Assembly: GCA_020636375.1 (NCBI GenBank)
Contig: JACJXZ010000011.1
Coordinates: forward strand, 258,115 to 322,114
Length of the DNA stretch: 64,000 nucleotides
Reading direction: 5' to 3'
Origin: Lewinellaceae bacterium
Lineage (GTDB): Bacteria > Bacteroidota > Bacteroidia > Chitinophagales > Saprospiraceae
The notes beneath the pieces were generated by a model. It saw nothing but the letters and a program-made list of their open reading frames with translations, had not been told where the DNA came from and did not search any database. Shown here piece after piece: positions 19,583-28,944 of the stretch. The number at the start of each line of letters is the position of its first letter. The first letter of the stretch is position 1. The position numbers and the translations under genes were made by a program.

Positions 19583-20083
19583 ATGTCCGACGCTAACCCG
19601 CATTCCAGTAACCTCCATATCCGCCAGGAGAACAACGCCGCCGTCCTGGCCCGCCTGAACCGCCACGTGCATGCGCCCCATTACGAGCGGCACCCCGACC
19701 GCTATGCGCCCTATGATTTTGGCCGGTTCGTCGGTTGGTACGAAACCGTGCTGGCAAAGGAGGGCGCCTACGGCCTGGTGGCTTACCTGGAAGGCGAGCC
19801 GGTGGGGTACGCCCTGCTGCTCCACAAAAAGAACAACGGAGCACATGCCATGCTGGCCGAAAATTATGAGTATGTGCAAGTGGAAGAGATGGCCGTCGCC
19901 ACAGCACACCAGGGCAGAGGCTTCGGCAAACAGCTGATGCAGCACATCCGCGCTTTCTGCCGGGAGAAGGGCGCCCGGCGGGTGCAGCTCAGCGTCTGGC
20001 TGGACAATGAGGCCGCCAAGAGTTTCTACGAGCGGGAGGGCTTCGAAGGGTATTTGCTGTATATGGAAATGGCGGTGGAGTAG
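19583..20083 (+). CDS. GNAT family N-acetyltransferase.
   Basis: 'VEEMAVATAHQGRGFGKQLMQHI' is the acetyl-CoA binding motif A (Q/RxxGxG/A). Confidence 0.7.
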   Translation: MSDANPHSSNLHIRQENNAAVLARLNRHVHAPHYERHPDRYAPYDFGRFVGWYETVLAKEGAYGLVAYLEGEPVGYALLLHKKNNGAHAMLAENYEYVQVEEMAVATAHQGRGFGKQLMQHIRAFCREKGARRVQLSVWLDNEAAKSFYEREGFEGYLLYMEMAVE

Positions 20084-20169
20084 ACGCTGTGGATGTTTCA
20101 AAAACAGCCCCATCTCCGGAACTTTTCTCTTGTTTCATCCTTTTTGAAGAGGTATCAAAACCAACCCGC

Positions 20170-20631
20170 ATGCAAACCACGCCCACGCTGCAGCTCGGCA
20201 GCATCCCCCCCGAAACCCCTTATCGTATCCGCCCCGGAAGCTATGCCGTCTTCTTCAACGAGAAGGGCGAAGCCGGCGTCATCCGCAACGACGACGGCGA
20301 CTACTTCCTGGCCGGCGGCGGCATCGAGCCGGGGGAAACCAAAGAGCAGGCCCTGCTGCGCGAAGTGCAGGAGGAGGCCGGCCTGCTGGCAGAGATCGAC
20401 GCCTACATGGGTTCTGCCGCCGAATACTACTACGACCCCGGCCACCGGCACTACTTCAACAAGATCGGCCACTTCTTCCTGATCACGCCCTATGAACAGG
20501 ACCTGTCCCTCAAAGTGGAAGACGACCACACCCTGCTCTGGCTGCCCCTGGAGCAGGCCCACCCGCTGATGTACCACGACATCTACCGCTGGGCCCTGGA
20601 GCAGGCCGTAAACCGGACGGGCCACCTTTAG
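20170..20631 (+). CDS. NUDIX hydrolase.
   Basis: The Nudix box 'GGGIEPGETKEQALLREVQEEAGL' is present. Confidence 0.75.
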   Translation: MQTTPTLQLGSIPPETPYRIRPGSYAVFFNEKGEAGVIRNDDGDYFLAGGGIEPGETKEQALLREVQEEAGLLAEIDAYMGSAAEYYYDPGHRHYFNKIGHFFLITPYEQDLSLKVEDDHTLLWLPLEQAHPLMYHDIYRWALEQAVNRTGHL

Positions 20632-20643
20632 GTGGCTCGTATC

Positions 20644-21423
20644 TTAAATGCAATAAAAAATAAAATAATTCATCCCCAGGTTAAACCCCGCGTGCGCCAG
20701 GATAGCCCCCAGGATGGACCCCGAGCGTTGCCGGAAGCAGGAAAACGACAGGCAAAGCCCGAAGAGCGCCGCTGCCCAAAGGAGGGCGGGCCCTGCCAGG
20801 AACTTCCAGTTGCCGGAAACATAGACGATGCCGAAGTGCGCCAGGTGGACGAGCGCAAAGGCCAGGCTGTCCAGCACGGAGGCCATCCGCTGGCCGAAGC
20901 TGGCCCGAAAGTTTTCGTGGATGAGCCCCCGGTAGAACAGTTCCTCCCCGATAGGGCTGAACGTCATGCCGATAGAGGCGAAGATCAGGAAGAAGGCCAG
21001 GCGGGTATCGGCGTTCATCTCCGGCGGCAGGTTGCTGTAAGTGCCGGAAATGTAGTACAGCCAGTTGCGTTCTGTCAGGCCGTAAACTTCGTATGAGAAC
21101 GCAAACATCAACCCACAGTATGCCAGTCCTGCCGCCAGGCCGGCAAGCAGCCAGCCGTAACGGCGCGGCCGGCAGATTCCCACTGCTTTTCGCCCTTCCC
21201 GGCTCAGCAGCACGTAAGGGGCTGCCCACATGCTGAGGAAGACAAGGGAAACATACTGGTAACTGCCCGTCTGGCTGGCCCACAACACCAGCCAGAAGCG
21301 GGGGATGCTCCAGAGCAGAACAAGAGCCAGGCCGGAGCGCCAGCCGGGGCGCAGGAGGGGGTGCCAGAAAGGGCGGTAGAAAGCAGATGGCATAAGTAAA
21401 GTTATTTGCATGATCAAACGCAT
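20644..21423 (-). CDS. CPBP family intramembrane glutamic endopeptidase (CAAX protease / Abi-like).
   Basis: 'EELFYRGLIHENF', 'FALVHLAH' and a C-terminal 'HAGFN' are the CPBP motifs. It is polytopic. Confidence 0.7.
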   Translation of the reverse strand: MRLIMQITLLMPSAFYRPFWHPLLRPGWRSGLALVLLWSIPRFWLVLWASQTGSYQYVSLVFLSMWAAPYVLLSREGRKAVGICRPRRYGWLLAGLAAGLAYCGLMFAFSYEVYGLTERNWLYYISGTYSNLPPEMNADTRLAFFLIFASIGMTFSPIGEELFYRGLIHENFRASFGQRMASVLDSLAFALVHLAHFGIVYVSGNWKFLAGPALLWAAALFGLCLSFSCFRQRSGSILGAILAHAGFNLGMNYFIFYCI

Positions 21424-21493
21424 CCTGGGCCAGTACCTTTCAGGATAATTTTTAAATTTGGAGACAACATCAAATTTCAGGAATTCCCAAGCT

Positions 21494-23128
21494 ATGAAAA
21501 AATACCTGAGTTTGCTCTGCAGCCTGGCAGCTGTTTGTACAACCCTTACCGCTCAGCCGGCCTTCACCCGGCAGGACACCCTGCGCGGTTCCGTCACCCC
21601 GGAGCGGGCCTGGTGGGACCTGGCGTATTACCACCTGGATATTTTCGTCAACCCCGCCGACAGCACCATCACGGGGTCCAACACCATCCGATACCGGGTG
21701 CTGGCGCCGGGGCAGCGCCTGCAGGTCGACCTGCAGCCGCCCATGCAGGTGGAAAAAGTAGTGCAAAACGGCAAAGAACTGCCCTTCCGGCAGGATGGCA
21801 ATGCCTGGTTCGTGGAACTGCCCCGGCCTCAGGTGCCGGGAACGACAGCAGCCATAACCGTCTTTTACGGCGGCCGCCCCCGCGTGGCCCGCAACCCGCC
21901 CTGGGACGCCGTCATGGCCTGGGAAACCGACGACAACGGCAAGCCCTTTGCCGCCACTTCCTGCCAGGGCGAAGGCGCCAGCCTCTGGTGGCCCTGCAAG
22001 GACCATATGTACGACGAGCCCGACAGCATGCTGCTCAGCGTGCGTGTGCCCGCCGGGCTGATGGACATCTCCAACGGCCGCCTGCGCGGAGTGGATGAAA
22101 ATGAAGACGGCACCCGTACCTTCCACTGGTTCGTCGGCAACCCCATCAACAATTACGGGGTGAATGCCAACATCGCCGATTATGTGTATTTTTCCGAAAA
22201 ATACCCGGGAGAAAAGGGCGCGCTCGACTGCGACTACTACGTGCTGCCCTACAACCTGGAAAAGGCGCGGGAACAGTTTAAAGACGTGCCGCGCATGCTG
22301 GCCGCCTTCGAGCACTGGTTCGGCCCCTATCCCTTCTATGAAGACGGCTTCAAGCTGGTGGAAGTGCCTTACCTGGGCATGGAGCACCAAAGCTCGGTGA
22401 CCTACGGCAACGGCTACCAGAACGGCTACCGCGGTTACGACCTGAGCGGCACGGGCTGGGGCCTGAAGTTCGACTTCATCATCATCCACGAGGCCGGCCA
22501 CGAGTGGTTTGCCAACAGCATCACCTACCAGGACATTGCCGACATGTGGGTGCACGAAGGCTTTACCGCCTATTCGGAAAACCTCTTCCTGGACTACCAC
22601 TACGGCAAGGAGGCCAGCGCCGATTACGTCATCGGTACCCGCGCCAATATCCGGAACGACCGCCCCGTTATCGGCCCCTATGGCGTGAACCGCAGCGGCT
22701 CGGGCGACATGTACTATAAGGGTGCCAATATGCTGCACACCCTGCGCCAGATCGTCGACGATGACGAAAAGTGGCGCGGCATCCTGCGCGGCATGAACCG
22801 CGAATTCTACCACCAGACGGTGACCTCCCGGCAGGTGGAGGAGTACCTCAGCCGCCAGGCCGGCCGGGATTTGTCCCGCTTCTTCGATCAATATCTGCGC
22901 ACCATCCTGATCCCCCGGCTGGAATACCGCATCGAGGGCAAAAAGCTGTCCTACCGCTGGGCCAATTGCGTGGAGGGCTTCGACATGCCGGTAAAGGCTT
23001 TTGTAAACGAACAAGAACAGTGGCTGGCGCCGGCGGCCGGGAAATGGAAGCAGCTAAAAATCAGCAAGAGCATACAGTCCTTCCGCATTGACCGGAATTT
23101 TTATGTGGAATACATGGAAATACATTGA
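21494..23128 (+). CDS. M1 family zinc metallopeptidase (aminopeptidase N-like), secreted.
   Basis: 'IIIHEAGHEWFAN' (HExxH) plus the downstream 'WVHEGFTAY' glutamate. A signal peptide is present. Confidence 0.8.
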   Translation: MKKYLSLLCSLAAVCTTLTAQPAFTRQDTLRGSVTPERAWWDLAYYHLDIFVNPADSTITGSNTIRYRVLAPGQRLQVDLQPPMQVEKVVQNGKELPFRQDGNAWFVELPRPQVPGTTAAITVFYGGRPRVARNPPWDAVMAWETDDNGKPFAATSCQGEGASLWWPCKDHMYDEPDSMLLSVRVPAGLMDISNGRLRGVDENEDGTRTFHWFVGNPINNYGVNANIADYVYFSEKYPGEKGALDCDYYVLPYNLEKAREQFKDVPRMLAAFEHWFGPYPFYEDGFKLVEVPYLGMEHQSSVTYGNGYQNGYRGYDLSGTGWGLKFDFIIIHEAGHEWFANSITYQDIADMWVHEGFTAYSENLFLDYHYGKEASADYVIGTRANIRNDRPVIGPYGVNRSGSGDMYYKGANMLHTLRQIVDDDEKWRGILRGMNREFYHQTVTSRQVEEYLSRQAGRDLSRFFDQYLRTILIPRLEYRIEGKKLSYRWANCVEGFDMPVKAFVNEQEQWLAPAAGKWKQLKISKSIQSFRIDRNFYVEYMEIH

Positions 23129-23240
23129 AATATATGGAAATGTGTGGAAATGTGTGGGGATACATGGAAATACGTGGAAATACATGGAGATACATGGAAA
23201 TACGTGGAGATATGTGGAAATACGTGGAGATATGTGGAGA
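23104..23240. repeat. 10 bp minisatellite array, ~14 copies of 'TGGARATAYR', straddling the M1 peptidase stop codon.
   Basis: 'tggaaatacatggaaatacgtggagatatgtggaaatacg...'. It is the same family as the array at 39401-39545, in inverted orientation. Confidence 0.8.
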
Positions 23241-23302
23241 TTTGCTACCCGGGGCTATTGTGTCCTGTGTGGCAAAAAAAAACAACCGAAAGGCAAGCAA
23301 AT

Positions 23303-23911
23303 ATGGATCCCAGATTCTTTCCTACTCCGGAAGATTTCCGGTCCTGGCTCCAGGAAAACCACGACAAGCAGGAGGAGCTTTGGGTCGGTTATTACAAAAA
23401 AGCCGCTAAAAAGCCGAGCATTACCTGGCCGGAATCGGTCGACGAGGCGCTGTGCTTTGGCTGGATTGACGGCCTGCGCAGGTCCATCGACGAGGAAAGC
23501 TACAAAATCCGTTTCACGCCCCGCCGGCCCAGCAGCATCTGGAGCGCGGTGAACATCAGGCGGTTTGAGGAATTGAAAAAACTGGGCAGAATCCGGTCTC
23601 CGGGGCAGGCCGCATACGAACGCAGGAAGGAAAAGCGTTCAGAACGATATTCCTACGAACAAGGCACACTGGAGCTTTCCGAAGCTTACGAAAAAAAGAT
23701 CAGGGCCAATAAAAAGGCCTGGGATTTTTTCCGGTCCTTGCCGCCTTCCGTCCAAAAGCCTTCCATCTGGTACGTGATGAGCGCGAAGTGGGAGGAGACG
23801 CGCCTGCGGCGGCTGGAGACGCTGATACAGTGCTCGGAGGAGGGGCAGCTAGGCTGGTCGAAGTCTCCAGACTTCGACCTAAGCCCACACCTAAAAAAAC
23901 ATCACCAATGA
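23303..23911 (+). CDS. YdeI/OmpD-associated family protein (DUF1801-like).
   Basis: 'EELWVGYYKKAAKKPSITWPESVDEALCFGWIDG', 'WYVMSAKWEETRLRRLETLI'. Confidence 0.65.
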   Translation: MDPRFFPTPEDFRSWLQENHDKQEELWVGYYKKAAKKPSITWPESVDEALCFGWIDGLRRSIDEESYKIRFTPRRPSSIWSAVNIRRFEELKKLGRIRSPGQAAYERRKEKRSERYSYEQGTLELSEAYEKKIRANKKAWDFFRSLPPSVQKPSIWYVMSAKWEETRLRRLETLIQCSEEGQLGWSKSPDFDLSPHLKKHHQ

Positions 23912-25377
23912 AATACCATCCCCTGTTAACCTTAATCTTCCTGTTGTCCTTACCGACAGCATTTCTCTCCAGCCAGCCGGGCAGCCCGGCCGCCGGAGAG
24001 CGCATCCAACAGATGGAAAACAGCCTTTTGCCCGGCATCGTCATCGCCGGCAGGGAAGAGGCCAGCCGCTTCAACATCCACGACCGGATGAGGCATTACA
24101 AAGTGCCGGGCCTGAGCATTGCCTTTGTCGATAACGGGCAGGTCGCCTGGACGCGGTGCTACGGCTACCGGAGCCAGGACAGCCTGGTGCCGGTCGACAG
24201 CCTCACCCTCTTCCAGGCGGCTTCCATCAGCAAGCCGGTGGCCGCCCTGGCCGCCCTGCGGCTGGTGGAGGAAGGAAAGCTGAAACTGGATGAAGACGTC
24301 AACCGGTATCTGAAAGGCTGGCAGGTGGAGGCCACGCCTTTTACGGAAGGAAAGCCCATCACCCTGGAACACCTGCTCACCCATACCGCCGGGCTGACGG
24401 TCCACGGCTTCGGGGGCTATGCGCAGGGAGATTCCGTACCCACCCTCCTCCAGGTCCTGAACGGAGAAAAGCCGGCCAACTCGGATAAGATCGAGCCCGA
24501 CACCTTTCCCGGCAGCATCTGGCGGTACTCGGGCGGGGGGTATACCCTGATGCAGAAGATGGTGGAGGACGTGGCCGGGAAACCCTTTCCCCAGGTCATG
24601 CAGGAAATGGTATTGTCGCCGGTCGGCATGAACCCCAGCACGTATGAACAGCCGTTGCCGGAAAGGCTGCGCCAAAATGCCGCCATTGGCCATCGGCCGG
24701 ATGGCAAAAAAGTGGAAGGCGACTGGCACACCTACCCCGAAATGGCAGCCGCCGGCCTGTGGACGACGCCTTCCGATCTCGCCCGCTACATCATCGAAGT
24801 GCAGCAATCGCTCAAAGGCGAATCCAACCGGGTGCTTTCCCGGGAGATGACGGAAAAAATGCTCGCTAAGCACCTGGGCGACTGGGGCCTGGGGCCGGCG
24901 CTGGCCGGCGAAGGCGATTCCCTGCGCTTCAGCCACGGCGGCGCCAACGAAGGCTACCGCTGCCAGATGATGGGCTTTGCCCATCGGGGGCAGGGCGTGG
25001 TGCTGATGTCCAATTCCGACAACGGCATCGCACTCATCGGCGAAGTCCTGAGGGCAGTCTCGGAGGCCTACGGCTGGGGGATTTATAACGCCGAAACCAG
25101 GGAAGTGATCAGCCTGGCACCGGAGCAACTGGAGCGCTTCGCCGGCCAATACCGCCTCCCGGAACAGCAAATTGAAGTACACTTGTCCCTGAAAGACGGC
25201 CGGCTTTGGGCGAAACAGCTGTGGGACGGCGCGGAATACGAGCTGTATCCGGAATCGGAGCTGATCTTTTTTGAGACTGGAGAGGGTATTGTTTTTAATT
25301 TTACTGCTGCTGAGGAAGGCAAAATAACTGGTTTCTCTGTTTTCGGCGGCGCGTATCAGTTTGACAAAATCGACTAA
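23908..25377 (+). CDS. Serine hydrolase of the beta-lactamase / PBP4 (class C-like) family, secreted.
   Basis: It has a signal peptide and the SxxK motif 'ASISKPV'. The start overlaps the YdeI stop by 4 bp. Confidence 0.7.
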   Translation: MKYHPLLTLIFLLSLPTAFLSSQPGSPAAGERIQQMENSLLPGIVIAGREEASRFNIHDRMRHYKVPGLSIAFVDNGQVAWTRCYGYRSQDSLVPVDSLTLFQAASISKPVAALAALRLVEEGKLKLDEDVNRYLKGWQVEATPFTEGKPITLEHLLTHTAGLTVHGFGGYAQGDSVPTLLQVLNGEKPANSDKIEPDTFPGSIWRYSGGGYTLMQKMVEDVAGKPFPQVMQEMVLSPVGMNPSTYEQPLPERLRQNAAIGHRPDGKKVEGDWHTYPEMAAAGLWTTPSDLARYIIEVQQSLKGESNRVLSREMTEKMLAKHLGDWGLGPALAGEGDSLRFSHGGANEGYRCQMMGFAHRGQGVVLMSNSDNGIALIGEVLRAVSEAYGWGIYNAETREVISLAPEQLERFAGQYRLPEQQIEVHLSLKDGRLWAKQLWDGAEYELYPESELIFFETGEGIVFNFTAAEEGKITGFSVFGGAYQFDKID

Positions 25378-26091
25378 ATGCCTGCCATGAAAGGAATCCC
25401 AGGGATAAGGATTTCCGCCCGCTTTTGCGGCCCGCCCGGCACCGCCAACGGCGGCTACGCCTGCGGCAGGCTCGACAACCTCACCGATTATGTGTCCGAG
25501 GTGACCCTGCGGCGGCCGCCCCCGCTGGATAAAGAACTGGAAGTGCAGCGCGAGGGAGACGAGTTGCGGCTGATGGACGGCGATCAGCTCGTCGCCTCCG
25601 CCCGCCCCGGCGCTGTGGCCTTCGCCGCTCCCGCGCCCCCGGAATGGGAACAGGCGGAGGAAGCCTCCCGGCGGTTCATCGGGTTCCGGCGCCACCCCTT
25701 TCCCGGCTGCTTCGTCTGCGGGCCGGACCGGGGCGATCACGACGGATTACATATTTTCGCCGGCAGGGTAGGGGAGGCGCCCCTCTTCGCTTCCCCCTGG
25801 ATACCGGAGGCGGAGCTGGCCGATGCAGCGCGCCGGGTGCGCAATGAGTTCCTGTGGGCCGCCCTGGATTGCCCCGGTGCCTTCGCCGTCTGTGGAGAGG
25901 CCATGCGCAAGGTCGTCCTGGGCCGGATGACGGCCCGCATCGAGAGGGAAATACGGGCCGGCGAACGCTGCACCGTACTGGCCTGGCCCAAAGGGCAGGA
26001 CGGCCGGAAGTTCTTCTCCGGCACCGCCATCTATAACGCCGGGCGGCAGCTCTGCGCCGTGGGGGATGCGGTGTGGATAGAGATTGCCTGA
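25378..26091 (+). CDS. Hypothetical protein, possibly a hotdog-fold thioesterase-like protein.
   Basis: The ATG sits immediately after the upstream stop (an operon arrangement). 'GGYACGRL' is the only suggestive motif and it is weak. Confidence 0.3.
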   Translation: MPAMKGIPGIRISARFCGPPGTANGGYACGRLDNLTDYVSEVTLRRPPPLDKELEVQREGDELRLMDGDQLVASARPGAVAFAAPAPPEWEQAEEASRRFIGFRRHPFPGCFVCGPDRGDHDGLHIFAGRVGEAPLFASPWIPEAELADAARRVRNEFLWAALDCPGAFAVCGEAMRKVVLGRMTARIEREIRAGERCTVLAWPKGQDGRKFFSGTAIYNAGRQLCAVGDAVWIEIA

Positions 26092-26434
26092 CGGGGTTCG
26101 TTTCCAGGCAAATCGCAAATTTTAGCCGGCTCGCAGAGACGGTCGCAAATCGCAAATCAAAAAGCCCGGTATTTGAGACGTTTGATGTGCGATGTACGGC
26201 CGCCCCTCCGCCGCCGTTTACCCCGAATACCCTGCTCGTTACCCGTTCCAACCTGCCTGCCGCCCGCCAGCCCTGGCAATCTGCCGGCGGCGTACCTACC
26301 TTTGTCTCATCAATAACGGCAGAAGGCCAGCGGCCATAAGCCAGATTTCCTAAACCCGGCCGGGGAAAACACATTGCTCTGCACACTGCTGCAGGCCCTG
26401 GCCATTCATTGTTTACCTCAAAACTCATTAAATC

Positions 26435-28525
26435 ATGAACTTTCTGAAAACCGGGCTTTTACTAGCCATCCTCTCCATTTTTTTCAGCGGTGCTGTTTCC
26501 GCACAATCCCCCAAGGTTGTCGTGCTGGGAAAGGCCACCGCCCTGCAAACCAAAACCATTGGCAACAAAACGGTAGAAACCAAAAGGATCGAAACGTCCC
26601 GCCCCGGCGTGCGCGAGGCGGAAACCAAATCCAGGAATTTGCTCAACGGCGTGGAAGCGGTTTACCTGGACGCGGGCCAGTTCCAAAAGGGCACCATTCC
26701 TGAAAACGAGTACGTGAAAGAAGCCATGAGCAAACACATCCCCATCGTGCTGGAAAATGTGGACAAAGCAGCCCTGATGAAGCTCTCCGGCATCGGCGTC
26801 GACGCCAAGGTTGCCGTCGTGGAATCCATGTCGGACAAGAGGGGCGTCCGGGTGACCATCATCGAGGACAGCCCGGAAAAGGGGCTGCGGAAAGCCCAGG
26901 CGCCGGCCGTTGCCGGCATGCAGGATACGGGCGAAGCTTCCGGCCAGATGGACCGCTCGAAAGCGGACCCCGAGAAACTGCGGAAAGCGGAAATGGAGCA
27001 AGGCCGCCAGCGCCCTCAGCCACCGGTAGAGAAGGCGGAACCGTCGCCGGATAAAAGCCGGAGCAACAGCCTGGAGCGCCTGTCCACCCAAACCATTGAG
27101 GCATTGGAAACCCACAAGGCAAAAAAGGCCAAAGTCCGCCTGGAAAAAAGCACCGGCAGCCTGGCACCGGATTTCGAGAACGCCTATGCTTCCATCGGCC
27201 CCGGCTTCCCGGACGCCGGCAGCTTTGCCGAATGGGACAAGCCCCTGGACAACCCGGCGGTCAATTCCCTGCCCAAATATTCGGAATACCACATCGACCT
27301 CAACTGGGCGCAAAGAGAATGGAGCCCCTGGAGCGGGCAGACTGCACGGGTAAACGTGAACTACAACATCGTGCTGTATGCCACGACCAGCCCCAAGCAG
27401 AAGTGGATGAAAATAACCACCTCCGGCACGGGCGTCAATCCGGGAAGCCTGGCCTGGAACCACTACACCGACCGGGGCTTCTACACCGAGCGGTTCTACC
27501 AGATGTTTGGCGTGTACTACCCCGGTAACGGAAAAAAACTGGAAAACGCCCGCCCGCTCAATGCCAACAATTCGGGTAGTGTTCAGACGACGACCGGTTT
27601 TACGGTGGGGGCGACTGCCGGCGCCGATTCCAACGGCCCCAGCACCGGCGTGTCGGCCTCTTTTTCCAGCAGCACTTCCGTGACCAACGCCATTTCGGAT
27701 TTCCAGGTGGTCAACAACTCTGACAGCCAGTGGGCCAAGTTTGACTACCAGCTGTCCAAAACCTCCGGCGGCAGTTATGGCAACTGGGAGGACCTGCTTA
27801 GGCTCTGCGCGTTTTGCGAGCCAGGGCTTTACAATTTGCCAGGCTGGTCCACAGGCAATATGCCGGCTTACGCCGAGGGCGTCTGGAAGTTCCCTGCCAG
27901 CCACAACGGCGAAGAAACCCTGTATTTTTACCAGCACCACTACATGCGGGATACCTGGCTGGTCGATGGAAATATCTTTCATTATAATTTCCGGACCATG
28001 ACCAGAAACCAGCGGTACGATAAATTTGTCAATGTCGACTTTTCCGTGGTCCAGCTCCCTCACCTGGGCATGGGCGGCGAGACCGGACAGTCTTCTATCG
28101 CTCACGCCGGCCACCACTCCCGGGCGGTTGACGGAGACGTCGACGGCATCTGGGCCGACGCTTCCGTTACCCATACCGGGCTGGAGGACAACCCCTACTG
28201 GGAGATCAGGCTCGACGAACAATACGCGCACATCCCCATCGAAAAGATCGAACTCTGGAACCGGACCGATTGCTGCGGGCAGCGGCTCGGAAACTACCGG
28301 ATTTTCGTTTCCGACCAGCCTTTATCCTCTGCGGACCTCAACGGCGCCATCCAGGAGGCCAACAACAGCAACGGCAATATCCTGATGATCAACCATCCGG
28401 GGGAAAACGGCAGGAAGAAAGACTTCGTGATCAACCGGACGGCGAGGTACATCCGGGTGCAACTCAACGGCCGGGATTATCTCTCGCTGGCGGAAGTGAG
28501 GATCGTCCCGAGGGGGTATTTCTAA
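26435..28525 (+). CDS. Secreted multidomain protein with a C-terminal F5/8 type C (discoidin, fucolectin-like) domain and a Ser/Thr-rich amphipathic segment.
   Basis: Signal peptide, an N-terminal K/E-rich low-complexity region, a mid-protein 'VQTTTGFTVGATAGADSNGPSTGVSASFSSSTSVTNA', and a C-terminal 'NPYWEIRLD...WNRTDCCGQRLGNYRIFVSD...YIRVQLNGRDYLSLAEVRIV'. Confidence 0.55.
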   Translation: MNFLKTGLLLAILSIFFSGAVSAQSPKVVVLGKATALQTKTIGNKTVETKRIETSRPGVREAETKSRNLLNGVEAVYLDAGQFQKGTIPENEYVKEAMSKHIPIVLENVDKAALMKLSGIGVDAKVAVVESMSDKRGVRVTIIEDSPEKGLRKAQAPAVAGMQDTGEASGQMDRSKADPEKLRKAEMEQGRQRPQPPVEKAEPSPDKSRSNSLERLSTQTIEALETHKAKKAKVRLEKSTGSLAPDFENAYASIGPGFPDAGSFAEWDKPLDNPAVNSLPKYSEYHIDLNWAQREWSPWSGQTARVNVNYNIVLYATTSPKQKWMKITTSGTGVNPGSLAWNHYTDRGFYTERFYQMFGVYYPGNGKKLENARPLNANNSGSVQTTTGFTVGATAGADSNGPSTGVSASFSSSTSVTNAISDFQVVNNSDSQWAKFDYQLSKTSGGSYGNWEDLLRLCAFCEPGLYNLPGWSTGNMPAYAEGVWKFPASHNGEETLYFYQHHYMRDTWLVDGNIFHYNFRTMTRNQRYDKFVNVDFSVVQLPHLGMGGETGQSSIAHAGHHSRAVDGDVDGIWADASVTHTGLEDNPYWEIRLDEQYAHIPIEKIELWNRTDCCGQRLGNYRIFVSDQPLSSADLNGAIQEANNSNGNILMINHPGENGRKKDFVINRTARYIRVQLNGRDYLSLAEVRIVPRGYF

Positions 28526-28664
28526 ACTGATCCGCAACTATTTAGGGCAGCGGCAGAAAGTTAACCTAAATAGTTGCACTAATCCCTTAGGATTAGCGCA
28601 AGGCTTGTCCGGAAATTTACAAGGCCCAGGTTCGCTGGCAATCAACGGCTTAGAGGTTGCATCG

Positions 28665-28766
28665 GCTACCCGTCTAAGGTTGGACACTCCATGCCTCCTG
28701 CACACGCTTGGCCTCGACTCCGCTCGGCTTTCCCCTTTCTGCTGTCCAACCTTAGACGGGTAGCCG
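28665..28766. mobile_element. MITE-like element, copy 2.
   Basis: 'GGCTACCCGTCTAAGGTTGGACAC...GTCCAACCTTAGACGGGTAGCC' has perfect 24 bp TIRs. It is ~95 percent identical to 7752-7855. Confidence 0.6.
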
Positions 28767-28944
28767 TTGCGTCCCGATAGTTAACGCCTATGCGATAGCT
28801 ATCGGGATCGCTTCCCAAGCATCCCCTCCAAACATGCTCTTAAGCAGATACCCCGCCATGACAAATATCATTGTCCCTCTGCGTCCAAAGGAGTATTATT
28901 AAATTTCGAAAGCGGCGGGGTGGTCAAACAATAAGCACAAAGGT

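Noticed and set aside
23104-23240. Possible CRISPR array (tandem repeats). The same check was applied to 39401-39545 and 33046-33107.
   Set aside because: Units are 8-10 bp and contiguous, with no 25-40 bp repeats separated by unique spacers and no cas genes nearby. These are minisatellites, not CRISPR.
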